In this document: piece by piece, positions 35,748 through 47,417 of the stretch
Layout: each line of letters starts with the position of its first letter
Position numbering within the stretch: position 1 is the first letter of the stretch
Source of the DNA: Octopus sinensis
Taxonomy: Eukaryota
Reading direction: 5' to 3'
Assembly: GCF_006345805.1 (NCBI RefSeq)
Contig: NC_042999.1
Span: 155,806,001-155,870,000, forward strand
Length of the DNA stretch: 64,000 nt
Notes under the pieces: model-generated
Databases searched by the model: none
What the model was told of the DNA's origin: nothing
Seen by the model: only the letters and a program-made list of their open reading frames with translations
Translations under genes and position numbers: made by a program

Positions 35748-36193
35748 TTAATGACAGGAAGACTTAGCTGTAAACAAATGTTGCAATAATACATATGTGG
35801 CTTGGGGAAAAGGCCTTAATGATTCACATAGCTAAAAAAAATTTATCAATGTTAGGTTTATACTGAGTATTTTCTTCCTTCCGTAGAAGCATTCCAAGAC
35901 TGTAGTTTATTGCTTATTTCTGTAATCTTGTGTAAAGTACTTCCTCGAATGTACCAAATCATTGAGTTAAATGAAATAATTGCGGGGATGCTGATGAAAA
36001 AATAGGAAACTAAAATAAATAAAACAGATAAACGAGAAAGATGCACTTCAAAAGTAAGAGAGCTCTGTGTAACAGGAAGGACATTCTCCAAATTTGGGGG
36101 ACAATATTTGTGAATATTTCAACAAGCATGGGAAATACAAGCAGAGAAATTGGTCTGGCTTTCATAAACCATTGATGGGAGAAAATATCTATT

Positions 36194-36558
36194 CTCTCTT
36201 TTACTTGTTTCAGTCATTTGACTGCGGCCATGCTGGAGCACCGCCCTTTAGTCGAGCAAATCGACCCCGGGACTTATTCTTTGTAAGCCCAGTACTTATT
36301 CTATCGGTCTCTTTTGCCGAAACGCTAAGTGACGGGGACGTAAACACACCAGCATCGGTTGTCAAGCAATGCTAGGGGGACAAACACAGACACACAAACA
36401 CACACATATATACGACAGGCTTCTTTCAGTTTCCGTCTACCAAATCTATTCACAAGGCATTGGTTGGCCCGAGGCTATAGCAGAAGACACTTGCCCAAGG
36501 TGCCACACAGTGGGACTGAACCCGGAACCATGTGGTTGGTAAGCAAGCTACTTACCAC
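36194..36558 (-). mobile_element. SINE family A, young copy
   Basis: CpG-rich and near-identical to the reverse complement of 6612-7020. Confidence 0.92.
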
Positions 36559-37323
36559 AAGCTGACTGCAGAGCGATGCTGATGGTTTTGGTTAAATTGG
36601 TTCCTCTTAATTATTAAGGTTAAAGGGACAAGGTTAAAAATAGCACACAACGGAAGACACACAGACACACACAAGAAAAAGGGAAGGATATTCTACTTAT
36701 TTCTTTCAACGAGAGATGGTACATCAGCTTGAAAAACGATGCTAACTCTATAGAAGGAGGGAGAATTAGGAAAGGAAGTGGGGGTTTAAAGGAGAAGCAG
36801 AATAATTAGGTGGAATCACTTATTTTTGGAATTAATAAGTACAAGTTCAGGAGGTAAACTGAGAAAGAAGATAGAGAAAATGTAATATATTCATCTCGAC
36901 ATCTTTGTCATCCTCTCTAACATTATTATTATTGTGTTGCTGGTCAGAGTATGGCAACCATTAACTGGTGGTAGTGGCAGCATTTAGCCTGTTTAGTCCT
37001 TAAAAAAAAATACCTGTACCTATATTTCTACACCTGGTTCACGGCTGCAGGAACATCATCATCATTGTTTGATTGAATCAGGTCATTTAGTCATTAGGAC
37101 AAAAAAAAAAAAAAATTGTTCTATCTTCTATAGATTGAACACACACACCAGACTTGACTATCGTAAAGTAGAAAATACTTGCCCAAGGTGAGACTGAACC
37201 GGAAACTTAACCACATAGCCATACTTCTGCATTCTTTGTGTGTGTGTGTGTGTGTGTGTGTGTATACATACACTCACACAGTACATCAGGTACTTTAAAT
37301 GTGGCACCAACACCAGTGGTGTA

Positions 37324-37372
<49 letters not shown>

Positions 37373-37669
37373 GGAATAATTAGCTAACCGATATTGAAAT
37401 AGATGTATTTATTTTAATCCCCATACCAAAAGAGTCAATTACATAAGATATCAAGACAAGTGAATGCAGAGTTAAAAATCTTGTATGAAGTTTTCTGCTA
37501 TCATTTTAAACAAACCAGTTTGCCACCTCTTTCTCCTATTTCTGAAAACAAACTGACAAACAAAATATAATTCCAATTTTATATTCCTAATTTTTTGCTC
37601 TTTTCTTTAACAATTGCATATTTAACTACCATTTCTTGCTCTCTCTCTCTCACTGGTTGATAGGCTTAC

Positions 37670-37697
37670 CCCCACTCCATTCCTATTGGTGGATTCT
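37670..37697 (-). CDS. Candidate 28-nt exon
   Basis: TTTCCAG acceptor and GGG|GTAAGC donor; two frames are open. Confidence 0.25.
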
Positions 37698-38037
37698 CTG
37701 GAAATCAACTGTCCCCACCATGCAATAAATTTATTTGGTGTCCACTTTAGTAGTTCTAACCCTTTTGTTACCATATTTCTCTTGAAATATGCTGGTTTTT
37801 TTGCAATTAATTTTGAAAATGAAACATTTATCTAATATGTATTATACAGCTGATTTTTTTTTTTATGTTTAAAAATAGGTGGATGGGTGGTGAAATGATA
37901 GAGATGTTATTAACTTTTTCTATAATCCATCAACAACAATCAATTTATTAACTAAATAAAAAAGGGTAGACCCTTCCTTCAAAGTTTCTTGGAAGAAGAG
38001 CCTGCCTGGGGAAAGAATTATTCTAACAGCTCAGGAG

Positions 38038-38341
38038 TGGAGGCACATGGCCTAGTGGTTAGAGCAGCGGACTCGCGGTCGAGGGATCGCGGGTTTGAAT
38101 CTCAGACCGGGCAATGTGTGTGTTTATGAGCGAAACACCTAAGCTCCACATGGCTCCAGCAGAAGGTAACGGCGAACTTTTGCTGACTCTTTCGCCACAA
38201 CTTTCTCTCACTCTTTCCTCCTGCATCTAGCAGCTCACCTGTGACGGACTGGCGTCTTGTCCAGGTGGGGAACCTATACGCCAAGGAAACCGGGAAACTG
38301 GTCCTTACGAGCCAGGCGTGGCTCGAGAAGGAACAAACAAC
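38038..38341 (+). mobile_element. tRNA-derived SINE with V-SINE-like 3' segment
   Basis: A box TGGCCTAGTGG, B box GGTTTGAATC, CCTGTGACGGACTGGCGTCTTGTCCAGG and a (CAAA)-like tail. Confidence 0.85.
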
Positions 38342-38871
38342 AGCTCAGGAACATTTTTTGGTAGAACTGTTAAGAACGACTGACAAAATGTTTAGTAGCA
38401 TTTCATCTGTTGCTATATTTTGGATTAAAATTCCACTGAAGTTGACTTTGTCTTTCATCATTTGGGGGTTGATAAAATAAGTACCGAAATGTTATTTCGC
38501 AATTATTTAAAGTGATCAAAATTGAAACCTTCCATCAGAATTTCAGGTAAATTCACATTCCAAATACCAACTTAATAATAAAGCTTTCACAAATTTATTG
38601 TTCACCATCATCATCTTCTAACATCCATTGTCCATGTTGGAGGGTTTGATCAGAATTGGTAAGCTGAGGGTTTGATACTTCAACAGAAACATTGTATCAA
38701 AATGGTTAAAGTAGGTTGACTTGTGAGTAAGTTCACAAGAGATGTTCATATTTACAACACCAACCTTGTGACTGTCTCTATTGGATTTCACAAGTTGACA
38801 AGTGATGAGAATAAAGAATAAAAGTCAATATTATGTAGTGGCTAGATAAGATAAAAAACAAAAATGCTTAC

Positions 38872-38932
38872 CTTCACATGTTAACACACAACACACAAAA
38901 CTGATTGATGTCAGAAGAGAATAATAAAATAA
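38872..38932 (-). CDS. Candidate exon (LFYYSLLTSISFVCCVLTCE); alternative acceptor at 38900
   Basis: Strong donor GAAG|GTAAGC; the acceptor is ambiguous. Confidence 0.3.
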
Positions 38933-40278
38933 CTATAAACAACTTCAGATTCAATCAGTGCAGAGTTATCATCATCATCGTTTAAGGTCAGTTTTCCACT
39001 CTAGCACGGGTTGGACGGTTCGACCGGGGTCTGGGAAGCCAGGGGCTGCACCAGGCTCCAGTCTGATCTGGCAGAGTTTCTACAGCTGGATGCCCTTCCT
39101 AACGCTAACCACTCCACGAGTGTAGTGGATGCTTTTTACGTGCCAGATATTAAACCATATTCATCATTTAGCATCTGTTGTTCATGCTGGCATGGGTTGG
39201 ACGGTTTGACCAGAGATGGAAGGCTGCACCAGACTCCAGTCTGATTTGGCATGGTTTTTCTATGACTGGATTCCCTTCCTAATGCCAATCACTCAGAGTG
39301 TAATGGGTGATTGTATGTGCCATTGGCAGAAGTGCCATTTGTGTGACACCAATATCTGCCAAGACTGATTTTACTTGATGGGTCGTGTTTGAATAAACAG
39401 TGGTTTCAAATTTTGGCCCAGTTCCAGCAATTTTGGGGAAGGGGTTAAGCCAATTACAATGGCCCCAACTGGTACTTATTTTATTAGCCGCAAAGGCAAA
39501 GAAAACTGAAGAAATGTCAGATCATGATATTGTCACAAGACATGGATGGAACTGGTAATGAAAGATGGCACACATACACATTGAAAGCTCAAGATGAAAG
39601 TATTGTAATTTCTAATTTGATGTGTAGACCTGCCTATGTATCATAGAATCAAGTTCAATATCAGATTGGTATCAAAAGGGTTAATTATCTTCCAATTGCA
39701 ATCGATAACTGGCAATCCAATAGTTACGCTGATGAGGGTTCCACTTGATTTGATTAACAGAACAGGTTGCTCATGAAATTGTAGAGTGCAAGTGGTTGAG
39801 GACACTACAGATGTGTATCCTTAACATAGTTCTCAGGGAGCTTCAGTGTGAAAAAGAATGTGGTAAGACTGGCCTCTTTGAATTACAGGTACAACTAAGT
39901 TTTGCCATCTGAGTGGGCTGGAGCAATGTGAAATAAAGCATCTTGCTCAAGAACACAATGTGATACCTGGAATTGAACTCGTGACCTTACAAATCACAAG
40001 CCAAATATTCTTACCACTAAGCCATGAACCATCACTGTAAGAAACTCACTTAGTAACCACATGGTTCCAGGTTACAAGCACCCCAGGTTAACCAACAGCT
40101 TGCGAATGAATTTCATAGGTAGAAACTGTGTGGAAGCCTGCCTGTGTGGGTATGTCTGTCCACCACCACCGCCACAACCACCACTTGAGAACTGTCATTG
40201 GTTTGAAAAAAAGAGGCCAACAGAATATGCCCTAGATTTGATTAAGTCGTGTGGAGTAGATTTACTCAACTAATACTC

Positions 40279-40507
40279 ATTTCTTAACTACCCACAAGGG
40301 GCTAAACACAGAGAGGACAAACAAGGACAGACAAATGGATTAAGTCGATTACATCGACCCCAGTGCGTAACTGGTACTTATTTTATCGACCCCGGAAGGA
40401 TGAAAGGCAAAGTCGACCTCGGCGGAATTTGAACTTGGAACGTAACGACAGACGAAATAAGGCTACACACTTCTAATGTGCTAATGTTTCTGCCAGCTTG
40501 CCGCCTT
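40279..40507 (-). mobile_element. SINE family B nested in family A
   Basis: Near consensus. Confidence 0.88.
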
Positions 40508-40891
40508 CAACTAATACCTTTCAAGGAAGTACTCCAGCATGGCCACAGCCCACCGACTGAGACAAGAAAAAATTGAGCTATTTCAAAGTATCAAAAATGA
40601 GACCACCCCACCTCCACAACACACTAAAGAAACAAAAAAAAAAACTATAAAAAAAGGGTCTTTTTTTTATGTGTCTTCTAGTTAATTCTCAACGGGTTTT
40701 AAAAAACCCCGACCAGGTGTTTCTTTTATTTAATGGTTGATGTCTAAGTAAATATTTCAAGAACTGTCTTCTACCTCTAGAAACAACCCCACCAGCAGTA
40801 AATCATCTACACCACCATCACCACCACCACTGCTGCTGCTGCTATGGATTGGTTTCTGAGCTAGTGAGTCAGTCGTTCATCTGGTTCAAGT

Positions 40892-41142
40892 GAGAAAGAG
40901 AGACAAGAGAGATAAAGAGAGACAAGAGAGAGAGAGAGAGAGAGACAAGAGAGAGAGAGAGAGACAAGAGAGAGAGAGAGAGACAAGAGAGAGAGAGAGA
41001 GACAGAGAGAGAGAGAGAGAAGAGAGAGACAAGAGAGAGAGAGAGAGGACAAGAGAGAGAGAGACAAGCGAGAGAGAGACAAGCGAGAGAGAGAGAGACA
41101 AGCGAGAGAGAGAGACAAGCGAGAGAGAGAGAGAAGCGAGAG

Positions 41143-41178
<36 letters not shown>

Positions 41179-41312
41179 AGTGAGAGAGAGAGAGAGAGAC
41201 AAGCGAGAAAGAGAGAGACAAGCGAGAAAGAGAGAGACAAGTGAGACAGAGAGAGAGATAAATGAGAGAGACAAGAGTGTGAGAGAGGAAGAGAGAGACA
41301 AGTGAGAGAGAG
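40892..41312. repeat. Polypurine compound microsatellite, (GA)n punctuated by CAAG / CAAGC / CAAGT
   Basis: Directly visible; produces the spurious SL/ER-rich ORFs in the track. Confidence 0.97.
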
Positions 41313-42122
41313 ATTTGCTAATAGCCAAAGACTAAATTGACTATCTTCTCATTTGCTTCCTCACTTCATTTCTAAGTTTTAGGACTAATTTTTTACATTA
41401 CATTCAAGCTGTTTCATTTATGAATGGGGTGGGAAGAGATCAAGCAAGAGAACAACAGCCACAGCAGCAGTAGTAGTCGTAGTAGTAGTAGTAGTAGTAG
41501 AATACAAAGTATATGTGGGGGAGGGGGGAGAAGATACTAAAGATAAAACACATACAAACATCACTAGGTTGACCTAAATTTATCTATGGCAGAAGGACCT
41601 GAATAAAGTACATAGTCTCTCCCACCACCTTCCCTCCCATGCCCTCCACCACCACCACCTCGCTCACGAAATTTGGACAAGTCAGGGAATTTGTAAAGTA
41701 GAAGAGAAAAAAAAAGTCATCAGGCACAATTTTAGAATGAAACCAGTAAAGCAGCTTCGTTGGGGAAGTTGATGAAATAGTTTGAGAGAAGAGGAAAATT
41801 TATTATGAACATATATGGAGGGGTAAAATGTAACAGAATTAATCTGGGGGGGGGAGGGGTGAAGAAGCTCATGTTGCACCTACATGGATCCAGGTTCAGT
41901 TCCACATACACACACACACACACAAAGGGGTTCTTTGCAGTTTCTGCGTACCAAATGCTCTCAAGGTTTTACACCTTGGTTGTAAGATAACGATTGCACA
42001 TCTCACCTTTGTACTAAAAGGTGTTAGAATGTGTCAAAATAATTGTAGGGATTTTAAATAAAGTAAGCAACTCCGTTTTCTATCATCCGTCTCTCTCTGT
42101 CTCAGATATATATATATAAATA

Positions 42123-42153
<31 letters not shown>

Positions 42154-42164
42154 ATATATATAAA

Positions 42165-42380
42165 GTTAATCCAAACACGAAAACGCAAAGAGAAAACACA
42201 ACGCAAGGACGTGGAACAAGTATAGTATTATTGGACACTCAGGAAAGGAAAGAAAGAAGGAGGATTTAACATTTCGAGTGGAGCTCTTCATCAGAAACAC
42301 AGGAAAAGGAAAGATCCAAGGAAGGGAAGACGGAGGGGGGGAAAAAAAATCGCCAACGATACACATGGTGTCACATTTTG
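42165..42380 (-). mobile_element. Penelope-like remnant between microsatellites
   Basis: Pyrimidine-rich block on the - strand carrying a minimal hammerhead motif. Confidence 0.5.
42264..42298 (-). ncRNA. Minimal type I hammerhead ribozyme motif (CpG-decayed)
   Basis: Minus strand GUUU-CUGAUGA-A-GAG(CUCCA)CUC-GAAA-UG-UU-AAAU: intact core, 3-bp stem II, stem III probably derived from the palindrome AACGUU. Confidence 0.6.
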
Positions 42381-43172
42381 AATATATGTGTATATATATA
42401 TGTATATACACGTGTGTGTGTGTATATATATTATATACATACACACACACATATATATATACACACACACACATTACTGTCTTTAGACTGTGGCCATACT
42501 AGGGCAACACCTTAAAGAATTTTAGTTAAATGAATCAATGCCAGAACTATTAGTCTCTTTTGCTGAACTGCTAAGTTACGGGGATGTAAACATCCCAACA
42601 CTGGTCATCAAGCAGTTACAAGTCACACACACACAAAGGGATTCTTTGCAGTTTCCGTCTACCAAATCCATTCACAAGGTTTTGGTTGGCTCAAGGCTAT
42701 AGCAGAAGACTTGTCCAAATCACACAGTAGGACTACTGCTTACCGCCACACACCTACTCCTATATATGGATAGGTAGGTGGGTAGGTAGCTAGAGATATT
42801 ACGTAGATATGTGCATCACACACAAACACAATGAGCTTCTACACACTACCTATTGACGAAATGCACTCACAAAGCATTAGTTGACCCAGGGCTATAGCAA
42901 AAAGACACTGAAGGTGATGCTCAGAGGAACCACAATCAGAACCATGCGATTCATGGGCAAACTTCTTAAGCACAATACCATTCTGGCACTTATGCTTGCA
43001 TTGGTCAGACAGAATTTGTTGAAAGAGATGGTTTGATGTTCTTGTTGCCAAACCTCACTCGTTTCCATGGAAGATTGGAAATAAATGACATTGAATGATG
43101 GCGAAACTTATTCAGAAGAATCATGTAATGTTTGAGATAAGGGGTTAGATGCAGACACACACAAATTTACAT

Positions 43173-43540
43173 ACAGGAGTGGCTGTGTGGTAAGAAGCTT
43201 GCTCACCAACCACATGGCTCTGGGTTCAGTCCCATTGCATGGCACCTTGGGCAAGTGTCTTCTACTATAGACTTAGGCTGACCAAAGTTTTGTCAGTGGA
43301 TTTTGTAGACAGAAACTGAAAGATGACCATCGTGTGTATGTGTATGTATGTTTATTTGTGTTTGTCCTCCCACTGATATTGGTGTGTTCATGTCTCCACA
43401 ACTTAGCAGTTCAGCAATAGAGAATGATTGAATAAGTACTAAAGCTTACAAAGAATAAGTTCTGGGGGCGATTTGTTTAACTAAAAGGTGGTGCTCCAGC
43501 ATGGCTGCAGTCAGGTGACTGAAACAAGTAAAAGAATAAA
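43173..43540 (+). mobile_element. SINE family A
   Basis: Full length, moderately diverged. Confidence 0.88.
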
Positions 43541-43696
43541 ATACACCTGCCCACACATACATGTGTGTACAAACAAAAGGCTTCTTTCAATTTCTGTGTA
43601 CAAATCCACTCACATGGCTTCGGTTGGCCTGGGCCTGTAGTAAGAGATATTTGCTCAAAGTCTCATACAGTGGGGACTGAACTTAATACCATAGAG

Positions 43697-43899
43697 CAGG
43701 GTTCCCCAGCCAGGGGTGCTTGCACCCTTTGGGGATGCGAGATAGCATTCCTAGGGGTGCAAATAGGGCTGGATTTATAGGAGCTCAAAGAGGGCAGTTG
43801 CCCCAGGCACCTTTATTCTTATATAAATTATTACTTTAAGGGGTGCAAGAACATAGAGGGGTTTTTAGGGGTGCAGGACATAACGGTTGGGAACCACTG
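43697..43899. mobile_element. hAT-type MITE
   Basis: CAGGGTTCCCCA / GTTGGGAACCACTG termini; internal AGGGGTGC repeats. Confidence 0.65.
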
Positions 43900-43900
43900 G

Positions 43901-44195
43901 TTACGATGAGGGTCCCAGCTGATACAATCAGCGGAACAGCCTGATCGTGAAGGTAACGTGCAAATGGCTGAGCACTGCACAAACACGTGTACCCTTAACG
44001 TAGTTCTCAGGGAGATTCAGTGTGACACAGAATGTGACAAGGCTGGTCCTTTGAAATACAGGTACTAATTTTTGCCAGCTGAGCGGACTGGAGCAACATG
44101 AAATAAAGTGTCTTGCTCAAAGACATGCATTACTGGGAATTGAACTCATGACCTTACGATCATGAGCTGAATGGCCTAACCATTAAGCCACGTGC
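43901..44195 (-). mobile_element. SINE family D
   Basis: Well-preserved copy whose 3' tip is lost at the MITE junction. Confidence 0.88.
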
Positions 44196-44228
44196 TTTCA
44201 CACATGTGTGCATATATATATATATATA

Positions 44229-44604
44229 CTAGCAGTATCGCCCGGCGTTGCTTGGGTTTGTAAGGGAAATAACTATAAAGCATTTTTAGAGAGTTATAGC
44301 CAAAAAATAGCAAAAAAATGGAAAAAAAATGATGGTAAATGTTTTTTGAGAGTTAAAAAAGGTGGAGTTGTGTCCCCTAGACGGTCGTGGTTTGGGTTTC
44401 TGATTTCGACCCCATGTCGAATTTATCGATTTTTTTCGGACTGGGGGAGCTTTTCAAAATTTTCGCTGCGTTAGTTTTAATATGACATTGGCTATGTGTG
44501 TGTCAAGTTTCATCAGAATCAGTTGAAAGCCGTGGTCAGAGGAGGGTACAAGCAAAAGACACACAGAAACACCACAGACAAACTGCCGTTTATATATAGA
44601 GAGA
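44229..44604 (-). mobile_element. Non-autonomous Helitron (376 bp)
   Basis: Minus strand A|TC start (44604-44603); subterminal GC hairpin CCCAAGCAACGCCGGG (44256-44241); CTAG|T end (44232-44229); no TSD. Confidence 0.8.
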
Positions 44605-44630
44605 TATATATATATAGAAACAAATTCAAT

Positions 44631-45083
44631 AACTGGCACCCATGCCAGTGGAGCACTAAGAGCACCAGCTGAGCATGATCATTGCCAGAGCAGCTGACTG
44701 ACTTCCATGCCAGTGGCATGTAAAAAGCACCATTTGAGCGTGATCGATACTAGCATCACCTTACTGGCACTTGTGCTGGTGGCATGTGAAAAAACATATG
44801 AGTGAGGTCATTCCCAGTGCCACTGGACTGGCTCCTGTGCAGGTGGCATGTAAAAAACACCATTTGAGTGTGGCCGTTGCCAGTACTGCCTGGCTGAACC
44901 TCGTGCCAGTGGCATGTAAAAGCACCTACTACACTCTCAGAGTTGTTGGCATTAGGAAGGGCATCCAGCTGTAGAAACTCTACCAGATCAGATTGGAGCT
45001 TGGTGCAGTCATCTGGTTTGCTAATCAGTCAAATCGTCCAACCCATGCTAGCATGGAAAGCTGACATTAAACGATGATGATGA
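44631..45083 (+). mobile_element. Family C (R4/Dong-like 3' UTR) with ~5 internal hairpin-repeat units and a (GAT)n tail
   Basis: Repeated (C/G)TGCCAGTGGCA(T/C)GTAAAAAGCACC units followed by the AGGAAGGGCATCCAGC body. Confidence 0.85.
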
Positions 45084-45728
45084 TATATATATATATATAT
45101 AGATAGATAGATAGATACACACACCATCATAATTTTACATCTATTTTCCGTGCTGCCATGGGTAGGACAGGTTGTTACCGGAGTCAGCACATACTTGAGG
45201 ATATCACTCAATTGGGTCAGGGAGCCTCGTTTGACTTGTTTTTCAATCTGGGTCATAAATATACACACATGTACACTTTTGCATGTACACATACACGTGT
45301 AGCTACACAACATATTTTACTGCGGGTGGGGGGGGGGGGGGTATGCTGAAATTATAACATATACAATCAAAGCAAATATTTATAGAATAAGGAAATAAAA
45401 AGGATTTGATGAAAGAAAATGTAAGTGTTAATTTAATTCCTAGTTAACATTGCTAACAATTATTTAATTAAATAAACAAACAAGAATGAATAAATAAAAT
45501 ACATTTCCTGCTTCCAAATTTTTTTCCCCATCTTAAAAAAAATCTTCAAGACACATTAACATAAACTACAACCAAGCGTTAGTTTACAGAGAAAGAGATG
45601 GGTGGGAGTAGGCGGTGTTTATTCCTTTCATTGCTAAATTTCTGTTGGAATACATTGCCTTTGCTTCAATTAATTTTCAATTCAATTAATTTTGAATAAT
45701 GAAGAATTTAGCAAAATAAATTTGTCAT

Positions 45729-46173
45729 GCAGGAATGGCTGTGTGGTAAGAAGCTTGCTTCCCAACCACATGGTTCCGGGTTCAGTCCCACTGCGTGACA
45801 CCATGGGTAAGTGTCTTCTACTATAGCCTCAGGATAACCAAAACCTTGTGAGTGGATTTGGTAGACAGAAACTGAGAGAAGCCCATTGTACATATATACA
45901 CACGCATATATATATATACACACATGCGCATACATACACAGACACACACACATAAACACATCTTTGTATGTGTATGTTTTTCTGCCCATCACTGCTTGAC
46001 TACGAGTGTTGGTGTGTTTACATCCCCGTGAGATAGCAATTCGACAAAAGAGACCAATAGAATTAGTATTAGGCTTAGAAAAATAAGTCCTGGGTTTCAT
46101 TTGTTTGACCAAAATTCCTTCAAGGCAAGTGCCCCAGCATGGTCACAGTCAAATGACAAAAGAGTAAAAGAAT
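45729..46173 (+). mobile_element. SINE family A
   Basis: Full length, with an expanded internal microsatellite. Confidence 0.88.
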
Positions 46174-46231
46174 AATTAACTCAGTATTTGAAACAAATAT
46201 TAAATTTTGTTAGGTTTTAATTTAGATCACC

Positions 46232-46252
46232 TTATCTATATCTATATATATA

Positions 46253-46300
<48 letters not shown>

Positions 46301-46580
46301 TACACACACACAAGCACACTCACTTGCACTCACGCTCATGCACACACAAGCGCTCACGTACACACAAGCGCATGCACACGCAAGTGCTCTCTCACACACA
46401 CAAGCACTCGCACACACACACACACACACAAGCGCCCACACACACACACACACACAGACACACAAGCGCTCGCACGCACACACACACACAAGCGCTCACA
46501 CACACACAAGCGCGCATGCACACACACACACACACACACACACAAGTGCTCACACACTCACACAAGCGCACACACACAGC
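46232..46580. repeat. (TA)n followed by a degenerate (CA)n / CACACAAGCGC compound microsatellite
   Basis: Directly visible. Confidence 0.95.
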
Positions 46581-47194
46581 ATTGAGAGATTAAAAAAAAA
46601 TAGAAGGCAGGTGTAAAAATGTTGAGCTGCTGCTTCAACATAGTTGGGGCCATTATTATACACCATTCTTGTACACCCCCCCACCCCCCCACTACACCCT
46701 GGCAGCACAGATGTATACACTCACACAAAGACACGCCACAAAAGGTAAGAAGACCAATTCCTAAATTGGAAAAATCGGTAGCACTCCCTTTCTTCTAGTT
46801 TGAGGCGAATGTATTTTTACAATTTTTTGACACCCCCCTCCCAAGCCCCCCTTTGCTGTGCTAGATTATCTGATGAAAAGCTATCCGCCTCCTTGATAAT
46901 ATCAAGGAGGCACTATAAACAAAAGATCCTATCTAAACGGTACAAGCTTTTGTTTATTTTGTAACTAAATAAATATCATTACCTCAAAAAATAAGTTGAA
47001 TCAATTTTTAAAAGCTGGTTTCAGTGTGGAACTAATGTAACAATGAAAATAATGGCAAAAAAAAAAATTAAAAATAACAAAACAAAACAAAAAACAAACA
47101 AGGAGTGTGTCTGCTGCCCCTTGACATTGTGAGGAGTGTGTGTGTGTGACAATGGGATAGAAAGAATTTTCTAGAATTAACACTTTTGCTGCCA

Positions 47195-47417
47195 TTGGCA
47201 GAAACGTTAGCACGCCGGGCGAAATGCATAGCCGTATTTCGTCTGCCGTTACGTTCTGAGTTCAAATTCCGCTGAGGTTGACTTTGCCTTTCATCCTTTC
47301 AGGGTCGATAAATTAAGTACCAGTTACGCACTGGGGTCGATGTAATCGACTTAATCCATTTGTCTGTCTTTGTTTGTCCCCTCTGTGTTTAGCCCCTTGT
47401 GGATAGTAAAGAAATAG
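47195..47417 (+). mobile_element. SINE family B
   Basis: Near consensus, slightly 5'-truncated. Confidence 0.9.

Noticed and set aside
37516-37541. Micro-exon reading IGERGGKL, resembling the ABC-transporter pre-signature GERG.xLSGG
   Set aside because: Only 8 residues with a weak donor, and I found no Walker A/B or LSGGQ exon elsewhere in the window.
40861-41328. SL-rich and ER-rich ORFs of 97-155 aa
   Set aside because: Translations of the (GA)n polypurine tract with no splice or codon evidence. The same applies to the ORFs at 46207-46616 and 54212-55330.
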